Positions 18,657 through 30,100 of a stretch of 64,000 nt of DNA are shown here, one piece after another. Source of the DNA: Candidatus Marinacidobacterales bacterium (lineage in GTDB: Bacteria; Acidobacteriota; Vicinamibacteria; Marinacidobacterales; DATDRI01); the NCBI GenBank assembly GCA_965219415.1, contig CBDCNP010000002.1:3904001-3968000 (forward strand). Reading direction: 5' to 3'. Under the pieces are notes generated by a model. It was given only the letters and a program-made list of their open reading frames with translations. It did no database searches and was not told the origin of the DNA. The first letter of the stretch is position 1, and every line of letters begins with the position of its first letter. A program made the position numbers and the translations under genes.

Positions 18657-21401
18657 ATGCGTCAAAAACTTGTTGTAGGCATGTATCTCGCTTTGGCCTC
18701 TGGTCTCGTAACCTCACCTCTCTATGGCCAGGCGGCTGCGACCGGAAACATCCAGGGCACCGTGCAGGATGCCTCAGGTGCCGTCCTGCCCGGAGTGACG
18801 GCCGAGCTACAAGGCGGACGGGTGATGGGGATGAGGACCTTCACTACCGGAGATAGAGGCCAGTATCGCTTTAGGTCGGTGCCTCCGGGCAATTACGAGT
18901 TGCTCTTCTCGCTCGCCGGCTTCGCGGCAGCCAAGCGTAGCGGCGTGCGGGTCCTAGTAGGTGGGACTGTCGTGGAGAACGTCACTCTCACCCTAGAAGG
19001 GGTGGCCGAGTCGGTCACTGTCCTTTCGACCTCGCCGGTGGTCGACACCAAGTCGACCAAGGTTCAGACCAACTTCGACAGGGATTGGATTGACAACTCG
19101 CCCAACCAGCGCCGCAGCTTCATAGACATCGTGACCAGCGCAGCGGGCGTCGAGCCGGGGGAGAGGCAGACCAGCCCGCAGCCCGCTTCGTACGGCGGCA
19201 ACGTTGACCAGAACCTCTACCAGCTCGACGGCATCGATTTGACCGACCACTTCAACGGAAACGCCACGACGCTCGTACGACCCAGCATCGACACGCTCGA
19301 AGAGGTCGAGGTGCTTGCCCTGGGGGCGCCGGCCGAGTACGGCTCGCACGAGGGTGCCGTCTTCAATGTAGTGACGCGTCAGGGGACCAACGAGTTTCAC
19401 GGCGGCGCCGCATTCTACTGGCAGCACGATAACCTCACTGCCCGCAACACGACAGAAGAAATTGACGCCGGCGATCCCTTCAGTCGAGTGGATTACGACA
19501 ACTTCACCGCCCAACTGGGTGGACCAATTATGAAGGACAAGCTCTGGTTCTTTGGCGCATTCGAGCACCTCCGTGACTCCTTCGCGCAACCGACGGTGCC
19601 TGTCGAAGCCGCCGGTTTCGAGGAACTAAATCACTACTTCGTCAAGCTGAACTTTCAGTTCAATCCCAACCATCAGCTCAACGGCCTCCTCAACTACGAC
19701 GACCGGCAGCAAGACTTTGGGCTCTTCCCGGGGGAGGCGCCGGAGACCGCGGAGGGAACGGGGCGGGACACGTATGTGACGAACCTTGCTTACACGGGAA
19801 TCGTGGGTCCGAATACCGTCCTCGAGGGCCAGTACGCGGGCTTCTTCGTCGACCACAACTGTTGCGCGGCCGGCGGCGGTGGGAAGGTGGTCGCCACGCG
19901 TTTCGAAAACCTAGACATAGGCGCAGCCAGCGGGGCGATCTTCGGCTGGTACGAGTACCACGCTGACAAGCAATCCCTCAACGCCAAGGTTTCCCATTAC
20001 GCGAGCGATTTCCTCGACGCGAGTCACGACTTCAAGTTCGGCGTGCAGTTCTCAAACGCTCCCGTGGACGGGACCTATGGGGTTAACGATCGCATCTACA
20101 CTTACGACTACGTGACCGGGTACGGTTATGACTATACACCCTACGCCTATGGGGGCGCGGTGAACGCGTTCGGCGTGTTCCTCGACGACTCGGTGCAAGT
20201 CGGTGACCGCCTGCAACTCAATTTCGGCGTACGCTATGACAATACTAAGGCGAGCTTCACGGACCAGCCCGTCGTGGACGGCCAAGGCAATGTGACGAGC
20301 GAAATCGTCCAGGGTTTTGACGTGTACACCTGGAACACACTCTCCCCGCGCCTCGGGTTCAACCTGGAACTAACCGGCGACGGGAAGACGGTGCTCAAGG
20401 GTCACTACGGTCGCTACTACCGCGCCGGAAATACCGGAGAGTGGGTGGCCGCCACCTCCCCCACGCGTATCGTGTCCTTCGTCGGCGACTTTAACTTCCA
20501 GACCTCCATGTTCGAAAACCTCGCGGTGGATTTCAGTCCATCGAACGCATCGGTCGACCCGAACTTCGACCCGGCGAGGACCGATCAGTTCATCATCAGC
20601 GTCGAACGGGAGCTTATCGAGGATCTCAACTTGGCGGCTACATTCATCGCGAAGCGGGGGCGCAACTTGACCAACTGGGCTGACGTCGGCGGCATCTACG
20701 CTCCCGTCCCGTACGTCGACGACGCGGGGGCCGAGGCGTCGGGCCGCACCATCACCGTGTTCCAGCTCCAGAACGAACGTGCCGACCGCGGGTTCCTGCT
20801 GGGAACCGGGGAGGATACGAGAGCGGACAACAACGCCTTCAGCTTGACCGCGACCAAGAGGATGGCCTCGAACTGGCAGTTGACCGCTTCTCTGACCCTA
20901 CAGGACCATACCAGCCGCAACATCTTCGGCTCAACGGCCCAGCTCAACTTCCGCGAGTTCGGCCGCGACCCGAACGACTTCATCAACTCGGAGGGTCTGG
21001 CGGTCCGTAACCGGGATGTGTTGGCGAAGACGCAATTCCTCTACATAGGTCTCCCTTGGGACTTCACCCTGGGTATCGACTGGAACTACTTCACCGGCTA
21101 CCCGACCCGCCGGCAGGTCCGAGTCGCGGCGACAGGCCTTAACAGTCGTGTCCAGACTGAACCGCGAACCGACGACAGGCGCTTCCCGAGTGTGAACCTC
21201 TTCAACCTTCGGATACAAAAGGACATTCGACTGGGGGAGGGGGGCTCCCGGGTGAGCCTGCTCGCCAACTTCTTCAACCTGTTCAATGACGATGCGGTGA
21301 CGCGTTTTCGGAGCGATCTCGCGACCTCTGATATCTTCCACACGCCGCGCGAGGTCCTGCAACCGCGGCGCCTCATGTTGGGAGCAAAGATCGACTTCTA
21401 G
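18657..21401 (+). CDS. TonB-dependent receptor (Oar-like, N-terminal carboxypeptidase-regulatory-like domain)
   Basis: GTVQDASGAVLPG, APAEYG..GAVFNVVT, SPRLG; C-terminal Phe (KIDF). Confidence 0.92.
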   Translation: MRQKLVVGMYLALASGLVTSPLYGQAAATGNIQGTVQDASGAVLPGVTAELQGGRVMGMRTFTTGDRGQYRFRSVPPGNYELLFSLAGFAAAKRSGVRVLVGGTVVENVTLTLEGVAESVTVLSTSPVVDTKSTKVQTNFDRDWIDNSPNQRRSFIDIVTSAAGVEPGERQTSPQPASYGGNVDQNLYQLDGIDLTDHFNGNATTLVRPSIDTLEEVEVLALGAPAEYGSHEGAVFNVVTRQGTNEFHGGAAFYWQHDNLTARNTTEEIDAGDPFSRVDYDNFTAQLGGPIMKDKLWFFGAFEHLRDSFAQPTVPVEAAGFEELNHYFVKLNFQFNPNHQLNGLLNYDDRQQDFGLFPGEAPETAEGTGRDTYVTNLAYTGIVGPNTVLEGQYAGFFVDHNCCAAGGGGKVVATRFENLDIGAASGAIFGWYEYHADKQSLNAKVSHYASDFLDASHDFKFGVQFSNAPVDGTYGVNDRIYTYDYVTGYGYDYTPYAYGGAVNAFGVFLDDSVQVGDRLQLNFGVRYDNTKASFTDQPVVDGQGNVTSEIVQGFDVYTWNTLSPRLGFNLELTGDGKTVLKGHYGRYYRAGNTGEWVAATSPTRIVSFVGDFNFQTSMFENLAVDFSPSNASVDPNFDPARTDQFIISVERELIEDLNLAATFIAKRGRNLTNWADVGGIYAPVPYVDDAGAEASGRTITVFQLQNERADRGFLLGTGEDTRADNNAFSLTATKRMASNWQLTASLTLQDHTSRNIFGSTAQLNFREFGRDPNDFINSEGLAVRNRDVLAKTQFLYIGLPWDFTLGIDWNYFTGYPTRRQVRVAATGLNSRVQTEPRTDDRRFPSVNLFNLRIQKDIRLGEGGSRVSLLANFFNLFNDDAVTRFRSDLATSDIFHTPREVLQPRRLMLGAKIDF

Positions 21402-21423
21402 AGGCGCTTCGTTCGTCTAAAGG

Positions 21424-21446
21424 CCTAGGAGGGTTTCCCTCCTAGG
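21424..21446 (+). terminator. Hairpin after the receptor gene
   Basis: CCTAGGAGGG-TTT-CCCTCCTAGG. Confidence 0.6.
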
Positions 21447-21542
21447 TTGTGACAGGTAATGACGGAGGCGGCTCATTCGAGATTGCCGAGACCAAAGCGA
21501 AATGGGAGAGGCTAGGTATCGGAACCAACGCCATCCTTTTGG

Positions 21543-21900
21543 GAGCTCTTGTCAATAGGTGTGTAAAAAAGTTCAGGCAGCAGCAACCTTCGACGACTCC
21601 GTTACCCTGTCTCCATCTTCAAATCGAACGCCCAGGTGAACCTCTCGCATCAGCTCCGGTGCGTTGAGCCGGCGAAAATTCTTCTCCGCAACCAGAAGCA
21701 GTTTGAAGATTGTCGCAGTGGCGGACTCGACTTTCTTGAACCTTTTGGCCGCATCCGTTCTCAATCTCAGTGCAGCGAACGGTGACTCCACGACGTTGCT
21801 CGTGCGAAGGTGTTGCCAGTGAGGCTTGGGAAAGGAATAGAAGCTGACCATCCGCTCCCAGTCCTCGTCGAGCACGTGCGCGGCCCCCGGAAGAACCCTT
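21543..21900 (-). mobile_element. IS256-family 3' remnant
   Basis: FYSFPKPHWQHLRTSNVVESPF..; end TTTACACACCTATTGACAAGAGCTC, also seen at 61005-61098. Confidence 0.85.
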
Positions 21901-22010
21901 GCGCAAGCCGTCTGGTCAAAATACTCGAACGCCCAGCGGGTCAGCAGTTTGCGCCTTTCCGCGGGCTGCTTGAATCTGGCATCGCGGTCGGATACGTATT
22001 TCTTCCGGGT

Positions 22011-22217
22011 GCGCAGTTCGTTGCCTGCAGCTCGCCCCGCAGCCGATTTGAGCCAGCCGTGCGCACCCCCGGTGGGCCTGTCGCCCGCCACCCGCAGCCC
22101 AGGGGTCGGAAGCCAGTCCTGCGGCGCGAAATACCCTGGATTCTGCGCGGATTCCAAGGGCGTCTAAGCTGCTGATTTGCGGTCTATTTCAAAAGGGCCG
22201 AGTTTTGGCACAGGACG
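22011..22217. mobile_element. rve-A left end with conserved ~150-nt non-coding segment
   Basis: Colinear with 10965-11165 (reverse complement) and 39647-39769. Confidence 0.85.
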
Positions 22218-22263
22218 GGCTCCAGTACTGAAAAACACTCGGCTCGCGTGCAGTGGACGCCCA

Positions 22264-25200
22264 TCACCGGCGATCCCAGTAGTCCACCGGACGTACGTCG
22301 TCCCTTAGCATTTCTTGGTTAACCCAGTAGTAGCGACCGAAGGGGCGCTTTTCGGGCCAGAGTTCATCGAGTGTATCAGCGTCATAGAGAATGCCGCCCT
22401 TCATGACGTACTGGATGTCCAGTGTATTTCGAATATTCTCCAGCGGGTTGGAGTTCAAAATTACCAGATCGGCAAGCTTCCCAGGAGCCAAAGACCCCAA
22501 ATCTTCATCGACACCAATGAAGTGCGCTCCATGAAGACTCGCAACTTCCAGGGCCCCCAAGGGGCCGAGCGCCGACGCAACCATCCAGACTTCCCAGTGA
22601 GACGACAATCCGTGCTGCTGGCCGTGAGAGCCGATCGCCCCATAGCCTCCTTGGGAAATGACGTCCGCCATCCCCTGTGCCCTCATCGGGAAGTCATAGT
22701 CGGTGACGGGACGTAGCATCCGGCGACGCAGGTGCGGCATGAGTTGCCACCAGGGCAAAAATCGCCGGAGTTTTTCGTTCTTCCACAGATCTTGCTCTTG
22801 AAAGAAATAGTCCTGGTTGAAAACATAACCGGGCCCAGCGACGGAGAAGGCTGGGGAGTAAACGAATCCCGCTTTTCCAAGAAACTTCGCGACGTCACCG
22901 TAAACAGGAATGCAACTCATTCCGTGCTCGAAGCCTGTGTGCCCGTCCATGACCATGCTCAGGTTGTATTCTAGGTCGGCGCCCTCGGCGGTTACCGTGA
23001 CGCCCGTCTCTCGCGCCGCGTCGACCACCCATTGCCGCTGCTCACGGCGAGGCTGAAGGTACTGCTTAATGGCAACGGCTCCCGCACTAGTTCTTCGCCG
23101 CACTTCCTGCATCGCTACCCGGTAACTGGTGATGGGATTTGGACCGGGACCGTTGCCTGCACCGATCGCGTCTCCTGTGCTAAACGTGCGTGGTCCGATC
23201 ACCAAACCCGCTGCAGTCAGCTCGGAGGTGGGGAAAATTTGCTGAGAAGACCCGCCCGGGTTTCGGGTGGTGGTGACGCCGTGGGCAAGGTAGACGGCGG
23301 TTTCGAAGTTGTGTGGCGGTATCAAGCCCTCGTGCTGGGTATGATGGTGAGCGTGGACGTCGATCAACCCGGGGATGATGGTCTTGCCGGAGATGTCGAT
23401 GACCCGTTGCGCCGTCGACGTGTCGCACTTTCCCACGCAACCGATGCGCGGACCCTCTATGACGACATCCCCCCGGTGGATAACGCTAGGTTCCTCGAGG
23501 GTGATAATTCGTGCGTTCTTGAAAGCTATGGTGCCTTGGGGGATTCCTCGCGGTACGCGAAGATCGATCGTGACCGTGTCCATACTGCCTTCGGTGACAT
23601 CGTAGGAGAAGTAGCGCTGGCCGTAACCGAACTCGAGCGTCTTGCGGTTTTTCCATCGAGGAAAAACGCCACCGTGAAAACTAAGACGCCTTACTTCCGC
23701 GCTTCCCTTGTCTATTGGTTTCGCCGACGCACCTACGAACGGTAACAGGTAGATGTTCTCTCCCTGCTGAAACGCGACCCACTGTCCGTCCGGTGACAAG
23801 GCAATTTGCGCGGCGTCACGGAAGGTGAGATGCACCTTCTTATTGCTTCCGTCCGCTTCGACCGAGAGCAACTCGGTGACGGTCCCTTCCCGTTCACTAG
23901 TCTGCTGCGGGTAGAAAATGCGACCGTTCGAGCCGAAAGAGGACTGAATGATCGGAGGTCTAACGGTTCCACCGCCCGGTGGTCGAACGCCATCGAAGAT
24001 GGGACGATTTACTCTAGCCACGAACGTTCCTGGTCCACCTGTCGCCGGAACCCTCACTAGCTCGTACCAGACATTGCCTCTTACAGGCCGACCGCGGGCG
24101 GTCGCTCCGGAACCACGAAGAACAAGAATCTCGTTTCCATCCGGGCTCCACACCGGGTGGAAGTACTCTCCGGGCTCTGTGGTGAGCCGCTTGGGTACTT
24201 CACCTTTTGCTGAAACCTTCCAGAGATGTCCCCGATTCTTTTCATCCCAGCTCGCGAAGACGATCCAATCGCCGTCGGGGGACCAACAAGGCATGAACTC
24301 GAAGGGGGTGAAGGCTTCCGAGGTCAGCCGTTTCGGTTCTCCATTGGGGAGACTCTTTTGCCACACTTTCCCGACGCCCTGAAAGACGAGTGTCTTCCCA
24401 TTGGGAGACGCAGTGGGGTTCTGCAGATATCGCACGGGGAAAACGTCATCGGAGAGCTGGATGGGCGTATAGGCTCTCTCGGAAAGCGTACGACGCACTT
24501 TCGCGATAAAGGGGATCGTATCGACGGTTCCATTTTGGACGTGGACCCGCCGGATCTTGCCCCCTTGGGCGATCAAGATCGATTTTGCATCAGGCATCCA
24601 ACGGTATCTTGGTAGCAAACTCACCGCGTACCAAAGGTCCCAACCGGACTGGTCCGTTTCGATGGGATCCATGAGGATCTGCTCGCTACCGGTCTTCAGA
24701 TCCCGCAACCAAAGAGACGTCCTCGGACCGTAGTGATGACCTTTGTACGAGATCTTGCCGTCGGGAATGCGCCGCGCGAAGGCAAGCCATCGCCCGTCGG
24801 GAGATATCTGAGGCGCAATGGCACCACCATTCGACAACCGGTACGAGCCGGCGCCAGGATCGCCCCTGCCGGACGTCATCTCTTCTATTCCTCCGCTAAC
24901 AAGATGGAGTCGTCGGATCTGATAGTCGCCCTGGACCAGATCCACCGCACGTGGAATGCCTGTGAATGCCTGAAAATAGAGATACTTTCCGTCTCGCGAT
25001 ACCGAAGGAAATGCAGCGCCTCGTACTGCGCCACCCACAAGCTCGACGCTCTTACCGGTTTCGACATGAACCCTCCACAACCGGGTCCGCAGGCGGTGGC
25101 GACGTCCCCCATTCATGTTCTGAACCTTCACGATGACGTCGCTGCCGTCAGCAGTCCACTCGGGCTCGTCCATGCGATGGTCCGAGTCTGCAAGCAATAA

Positions 25201-25590
25201 TCGTGGGTCGGAGCCGTTAGCCTCCATCGTCCAAAGGTTCAACTGCCCTGACCGATCGGACACGAAGGCGATAGTTTGTCCATCAGGAGAGTAACGCGGC
25301 TGAGAGTTGATGGCGACGCCGCTGTCCTGGGTTATGCACTCTGCTTTGCCGCCCTCGATGCCAACACGGTAGATGTGACCGAGTAGATCGAAGGCCACCC
25401 AGCGACCGTCGGGTGAGACATCCACCGACATCCAGGTTCCTTCTTCCGTTGTGAATTCGAGTGGACGCGTCCTACCCCGTGGCTTAGTCACATCCCATTC
25501 AGACTGGCCGTGAAGGAGTGTGGGTGTGCCGAGCATTGCGGCAGCTAGGAACGTTATGGCGATGAATGAACGAGTCGACTCTACAGCCAT
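22264..25590 (-). CDS. Secreted amidohydrolase with N-terminal TolB/PD40 beta-propellers
   Basis: EGTWMSVDVSPDG; many SPDG repeats; IPGLIDVHAH; GSHGQ; GKLADLV. Confidence 0.92.
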   Translation of the reverse strand: MAVESTRSFIAITFLAAAMLGTPTLLHGQSEWDVTKPRGRTRPLEFTTEEGTWMSVDVSPDGRWVAFDLLGHIYRVGIEGGKAECITQDSGVAINSQPRYSPDGQTIAFVSDRSGQLNLWTMEANGSDPRLLLADSDHRMDEPEWTADGSDVIVKVQNMNGGRRHRLRTRLWRVHVETGKSVELVGGAVRGAAFPSVSRDGKYLYFQAFTGIPRAVDLVQGDYQIRRLHLVSGGIEEMTSGRGDPGAGSYRLSNGGAIAPQISPDGRWLAFARRIPDGKISYKGHHYGPRTSLWLRDLKTGSEQILMDPIETDQSGWDLWYAVSLLPRYRWMPDAKSILIAQGGKIRRVHVQNGTVDTIPFIAKVRRTLSERAYTPIQLSDDVFPVRYLQNPTASPNGKTLVFQGVGKVWQKSLPNGEPKRLTSEAFTPFEFMPCWSPDGDWIVFASWDEKNRGHLWKVSAKGEVPKRLTTEPGEYFHPVWSPDGNEILVLRGSGATARGRPVRGNVWYELVRVPATGGPGTFVARVNRPIFDGVRPPGGGTVRPPIIQSSFGSNGRIFYPQQTSEREGTVTELLSVEADGSNKKVHLTFRDAAQIALSPDGQWVAFQQGENIYLLPFVGASAKPIDKGSAEVRRLSFHGGVFPRWKNRKTLEFGYGQRYFSYDVTEGSMDTVTIDLRVPRGIPQGTIAFKNARIITLEEPSVIHRGDVVIEGPRIGCVGKCDTSTAQRVIDISGKTIIPGLIDVHAHHHTQHEGLIPPHNFETAVYLAHGVTTTRNPGGSSQQIFPTSELTAAGLVIGPRTFSTGDAIGAGNGPGPNPITSYRVAMQEVRRRTSAGAVAIKQYLQPRREQRQWVVDAARETGVTVTAEGADLEYNLSMVMDGHTGFEHGMSCIPVYGDVAKFLGKAGFVYSPAFSVAGPGYVFNQDYFFQEQDLWKNEKLRRFLPWWQLMPHLRRRMLRPVTDYDFPMRAQGMADVISQGGYGAIGSHGQQHGLSSHWEVWMVASALGPLGALEVASLHGAHFIGVDEDLGSLAPGKLADLVILNSNPLENIRNTLDIQYVMKGGILYDADTLDELWPEKRPFGRYYWVNQEMLRDDVRPVDYWDRR

Positions 25591-25647
25591 GGTATACCTC
25601 TCAACGGTTCAGGGAATCTCTTGCGTGGGATTGGGACGCAACGGCCC

Positions 25648-26882
25648 TGACCTGACCCCACGGTTAGTACCACGTTGTATTTCAGTAACTCGGTGCTGAC
25701 AAAGGCTGGTTGAAGCCGGCGGAGTGGAGCGGAGCCGGTTTCAACCAAATCGTTTCTGGCGCCGGCGGGCGGTAACTCAACGAGCTGTGGGGTCTGAGGC
25801 GATTGAACTCTTGCCGCCACCTTTCGATCACGACCTTGGCCTCCTTCAAGGTGTAGAAAATCTCTCCGTTGAGCAGTTCGTCACGTAGCTTACCGTTGAA
25901 GCTCTCCACATAGCCGTTTTCCCATGGCGAGCCCGGTTCGATGAACAGCGTCGTGACTCCCCCGAGATAACCACTCACGCACCGCCGCAGCCGTAAACTC
26001 CGGACCGTTATCGGAGCGAATATGTGCCGGGACACCCCGATGCACGAACAGCTCACCCAGCCGCTCCAGCACGCTCTCCGAGTTCAGCTTCCGCTCCACA
26101 TCGATCGCTAGACACTCCTTGGTGTATCGTCAGCAGACGCAAGGCTCGACCGTCATGCGTGCGGTGATGAAGGAAATCGTAAGCCCAAACATGGTCCTTA
26201 CGTTCCGGCCGTAGGCGAATGCACGAACCGTCATCCAGCCATAGCCGTGCTCGTTTCGGCTGTTTCTTGGGCACTTTTAGCCCCTCGCGGCGCCAGATCC
26301 GTTGCACACGCTTTCGGTTCACCCGCCAACCCTCGACCCGCAGCAACGCTGTGACCCTCCGGTACCCATAGCGACCGTATTCCCGGGCCAGCTCAATGAC
26401 CCTCTCGGTCAGCCTGTGCTCGTCGGCCGGCTTCGGCACATACCTCCGCGTCGTGCGCGGCTGCTTCAGCACCCGGCACGCCCGGCGCTCGGAAACGCAC
26501 CGCACCTGGACCACCGCTTCACGGCGCCCGGCTGGGCTCAAAAGTTTCCCTCCGCTACCTCCTGGAGAATCGACAGGTCAAGCTCCTTCTCCGCCAGAAG
26601 CTTCTTCAGCCGCGTGTTCTCCTTCTCGAGCTGCTTGAGACGTTTGGCCTGCTCCAGCTTCAAACCACCATACTCTCTCCGCCAACGGTAGTAGGTATGC
26701 TCCGTAATCGCCAGTTTCCGGCACACCTCTTTGACCCTCCCTCCCTTGGCCAACCCGACCTCCGCCTCCCTCAGTTTGCGAACGATCTGTTCCGCGCTGT
26801 GTCGCTTCTTCGCCATTTCGACCTCACTTATACGACCCAGATTATGAGATTGCAGCTGGACCCGTTTTAGGGGGGCAGGTCA
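25648..26882 (-). mobile_element. IS3-family (IS407-like) element, degraded orfB
   Basis: Termini TGACCTGACCCC and GGGGGCAGGTCA; orfB fragments 25682-26541 with IRSDNGPEF and PGSPWENGYVESFN in different frames. Confidence 0.9.
26538..26816 (-). CDS. IS3 transposase OrfA
   Basis: KRHSAEQIVRKLRE..TYYRWRREYGG..LEKENTRLKKL. Confidence 0.9.
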   Translation of the reverse strand: MAKKRHSAEQIVRKLREAEVGLAKGGRVKEVCRKLAITEHTYYRWRREYGGLKLEQAKRLKQLEKENTRLKKLLAEKELDLSILQEVAEGNF

Positions 26883-26959
26883 TCTTCAGAATTCTGGTTC
26901 AAACTCTAGCACGCAGACGGGTTAGGGGCTGGCCGCCAACACTTAATTGCGGAAGCACC
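26883..26959 (-). mobile_element. IS1-family left-end remnant
   Basis: Nearly identical to 42460-42536. Confidence 0.85.
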
Positions 26960-27198
26960 AAATCCTGCCATAGTGCTTGACTAGTATGAACCAATGTGGT
27001 ATTGGCACCTTGTCCACTTGGTCTCTCTCTCATGGCAAATGCTGCAGCGTTCCTGAGAATTCCATTACCTGAATTCTGCCCCATATCCCTAATCTTTTCA
27101 AGACCAAGAGTTGCTGAGAACCGGGTTCGGCTCGGCAAGACGTTGATTTTTCATCTACCGGAACTTTCGACAAATTTTAGAAGAAGAGGAGGAGAGCC

Positions 27199-30100
27199 AT
27201 GAAGAGACACTTGACATTTGTACTCGTGTGGCTTGGGGCAGTCTTTGTTGCCTCCATCGCACACGGCCAGATCACCGGTACGATCACCGGTACGGTTGTT
27301 GACCAGACCGGAGCGGTGGTGCCGGGAGCCACGGTAACGGCTGCGAGCCCCAACCTTCTACGTAGCGATGTCTTCTCGGTCGCTAACCAACAGGGGCGCT
27401 ACCGACTCGTCGGCCTAACTGCGGGCGTTTATGAACTTTCGGTGCAAATGGACGGTTTCGCGCCAAAGAGACTGACGGAGATCAGACTGGGGCTCAATGA
27501 AACCAAGGAAGTCAAGATTGTGTTAGAGCTTGCTGGCATTGCAGAACAAACCACTGTCGTCGCTGGAGCGCCCGTGGTGGAGGTCAAGTCTAGCGGGCTG
27601 GGATTGGCGATTCTACCGGAGGTGATTGACACAATGCCGCTCAAGGGACGGGAGTTCCTGGATTTGATGGGACTTGTCCCTGGCACTGCTCCCCGCGTCG
27701 GAAATGCCATTGCGCTCAACGGCGATCAGGGAGCCGCGGTGACCGTCTTTGCCGAGCGGTCGGTCACCAACTCGTTCCTGGTCGACGGGATGATGAACAA
27801 GGATGACTATACCGGAAGCTTCGCTGAGTTCTATATTCAGGATGTCATCCAAGAGTTCAAAGTAGAATTGGGCGGCTACCAGGCCGAGTTCGGCCGCGCG
27901 TCCGGAGCCGTCGCGAACATCATCACAAAGTCAGGCGGGAACGATTTCGGTGGCCGTGGGTTCTTCTTTCTCCGAGATGATGGGCTGAATTCCACCAACG
28001 TCCCTGATCAGGATCCTCCCCAGCTTCGGCGGACAGAAGTGGGTGGGACATTCGGCGGGCCTATCGCACGGGACAAAACATGGTTTTTCGCAGCAGGGCA
28101 AATCGTCACCGAGGCACGTGGCTCCACGCTTCAACTAACCGCGGTACCGCAAGTCCTGAAAGATGGATGGTTCACCCCAACCCCTGGTCAAGAAATTTTT
28201 GACGCAAAGCCGGACGCCCAGAGGCTCACCTTGTTTGGCAAGGTAAATCACCAGTTCAGCCCCTCTCAAAACCTCTACGTGACTGTGAACATGAATTTGG
28301 GCGAAGAGCTCAACTCCCTCCCGCCGGGGGGGGGACACACCTTCATCCCTCTGAACTCGACCAGCAACGATTACGAGAAAAACACCTATAGCGCTACAGG
28401 GCGTCATACAGCCTTTTTTGGAGGCGACGCGTTCCTCGAGTCGTCTCTTCGCTACTTGCGGATTCGGAACCAGACCAACACAGAAAAGACTCTCGGCGCG
28501 GAGTTCATTTATCCGGGTACCTTCAACGAGATTGGGCAGGCACAGTTCTGGATCACGAACGCGTCCTCGGAAGGCATTACTGATCTAGAGCATGAGCGTT
28601 ACCAGTGGATGCAGACCATGAGCGCGTTCAGAGAAACCGACAACTGGGGTCGCCATGACCTTAAGTTCGGCTTCGACTTTACTCGGGTGAACTTTGACCG
28701 CAGCCACTTTCCACCGAGTTATCTGATTGTCTCGAACACGCTCTACCAACGAGAATACCAGAACTTGGATATTGGGACCGTCGAGGTGATACGGAACGAA
28801 GGGCTAACCCTAGATGACCGGACTCGGTCACAGGCGGCGAATAACGTTCTCGGCGCCTTCGGCCAGGACTCGTGGGAAGTCCGCGACGGGCTGACAATCA
28901 ATGCCGGGATCCGTTACGACTACGCGTCTTTATTTAGCGAGGACAAGGATAATTTTGCGCCACGCATCGGCGTTGCGTGGGATCCGAAAAACGATGGCAA
29001 GACCGTTCTGAGGGCAAGCTTTGGAATTTACTATGATCAGAACATTCTCGAACTCGCACAGGAAGTTCCTGAGCTGGGTGGCATCCAAGGCTTAGCCTGG
29101 TCGCATATCCTCATCCCACGCGGGGCATCCTGGTTCGATAATCCAGCGATAGGAGCTTTCGATCCCCTCCATGCCGGGGGCACGCGCTGGCTGGCGCATC
29201 CTGAGTTCTTCTCACATATCCTTCCTGAAGGTGCTGAGCGGTGTGCTGGAGACCTGTGCATTACAGGGCAGGGACGACCCTATATCCTCTATGAGCTCCT
29301 TGGTGTCCCGGTAACCGACCCGCTGAATCCGCCCATACTGGAATACGGCTCTATCGAACAGCTTACCGGTGGGCGATTCACCCCGGAAGAAGCCCTCCAA
29401 ACGATCAACAACTTCTTCGGTCCTCATTTCTTCAATCGATTTGGTTGGGCTGAGCCTCCCGATGAAGGATCGGTCATCAGCGGCCGCTATATGCAATTCT
29501 TTTACCGCACCAACGGACCGGCGGTCACGCGCCTCAAAACATTACAACATCCTGTGAAAACGCCCTATACACGGTCGTTCAACTTTGGCATCGCTCGTGA
29601 AATCGTCGGCGACTTCTCAATAGATGCGGCAATCTTCATACGACGGTCGCGAGATCTTCTCGCCTCCCGCGTCATCAACCTCCGGGATATTCCTCGGGGT
29701 GCGGGCTGCTTCGAGAATACGACCGACAGTGGACCCTGCAACAATCAGGTCGGGTACAGTGGCTTCCTGGATGCCAACGTCTTCACTCTGGCTCTCGAGA
29801 AGCGTTTTTCAAATGGCTACCAGTTTCTCGGAAGCTACACTTATACCGACGCCGTCGACAACTTCACTTCCTACCGCGTACCGCCTCGGGGGGCTAGTAC
29901 GAGCTTTCTCTTTAACAACCAGCCGGAGCTAGATATCGGTCGCAGTCTAATGGCGCCGAACCATGTCTTTACGTTCAGTGGTGTTGTGCGAATACCTTAC
30001 GGAATTCACGTATCGGGTATCCTAAACGCCTCGTCGGGATTGCCCTTTAATGCGTCTGGCTTCGGAGTGGACTCGGATGGGGACGGCATTTTCGACAACC

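Noticed and set aside
27270-27293. 12-bp tandem repeat ATCACCGGTACG
   Set aside because: Encodes ITGT-ITGT in the receptor N-terminus; ordinary coding repeat.
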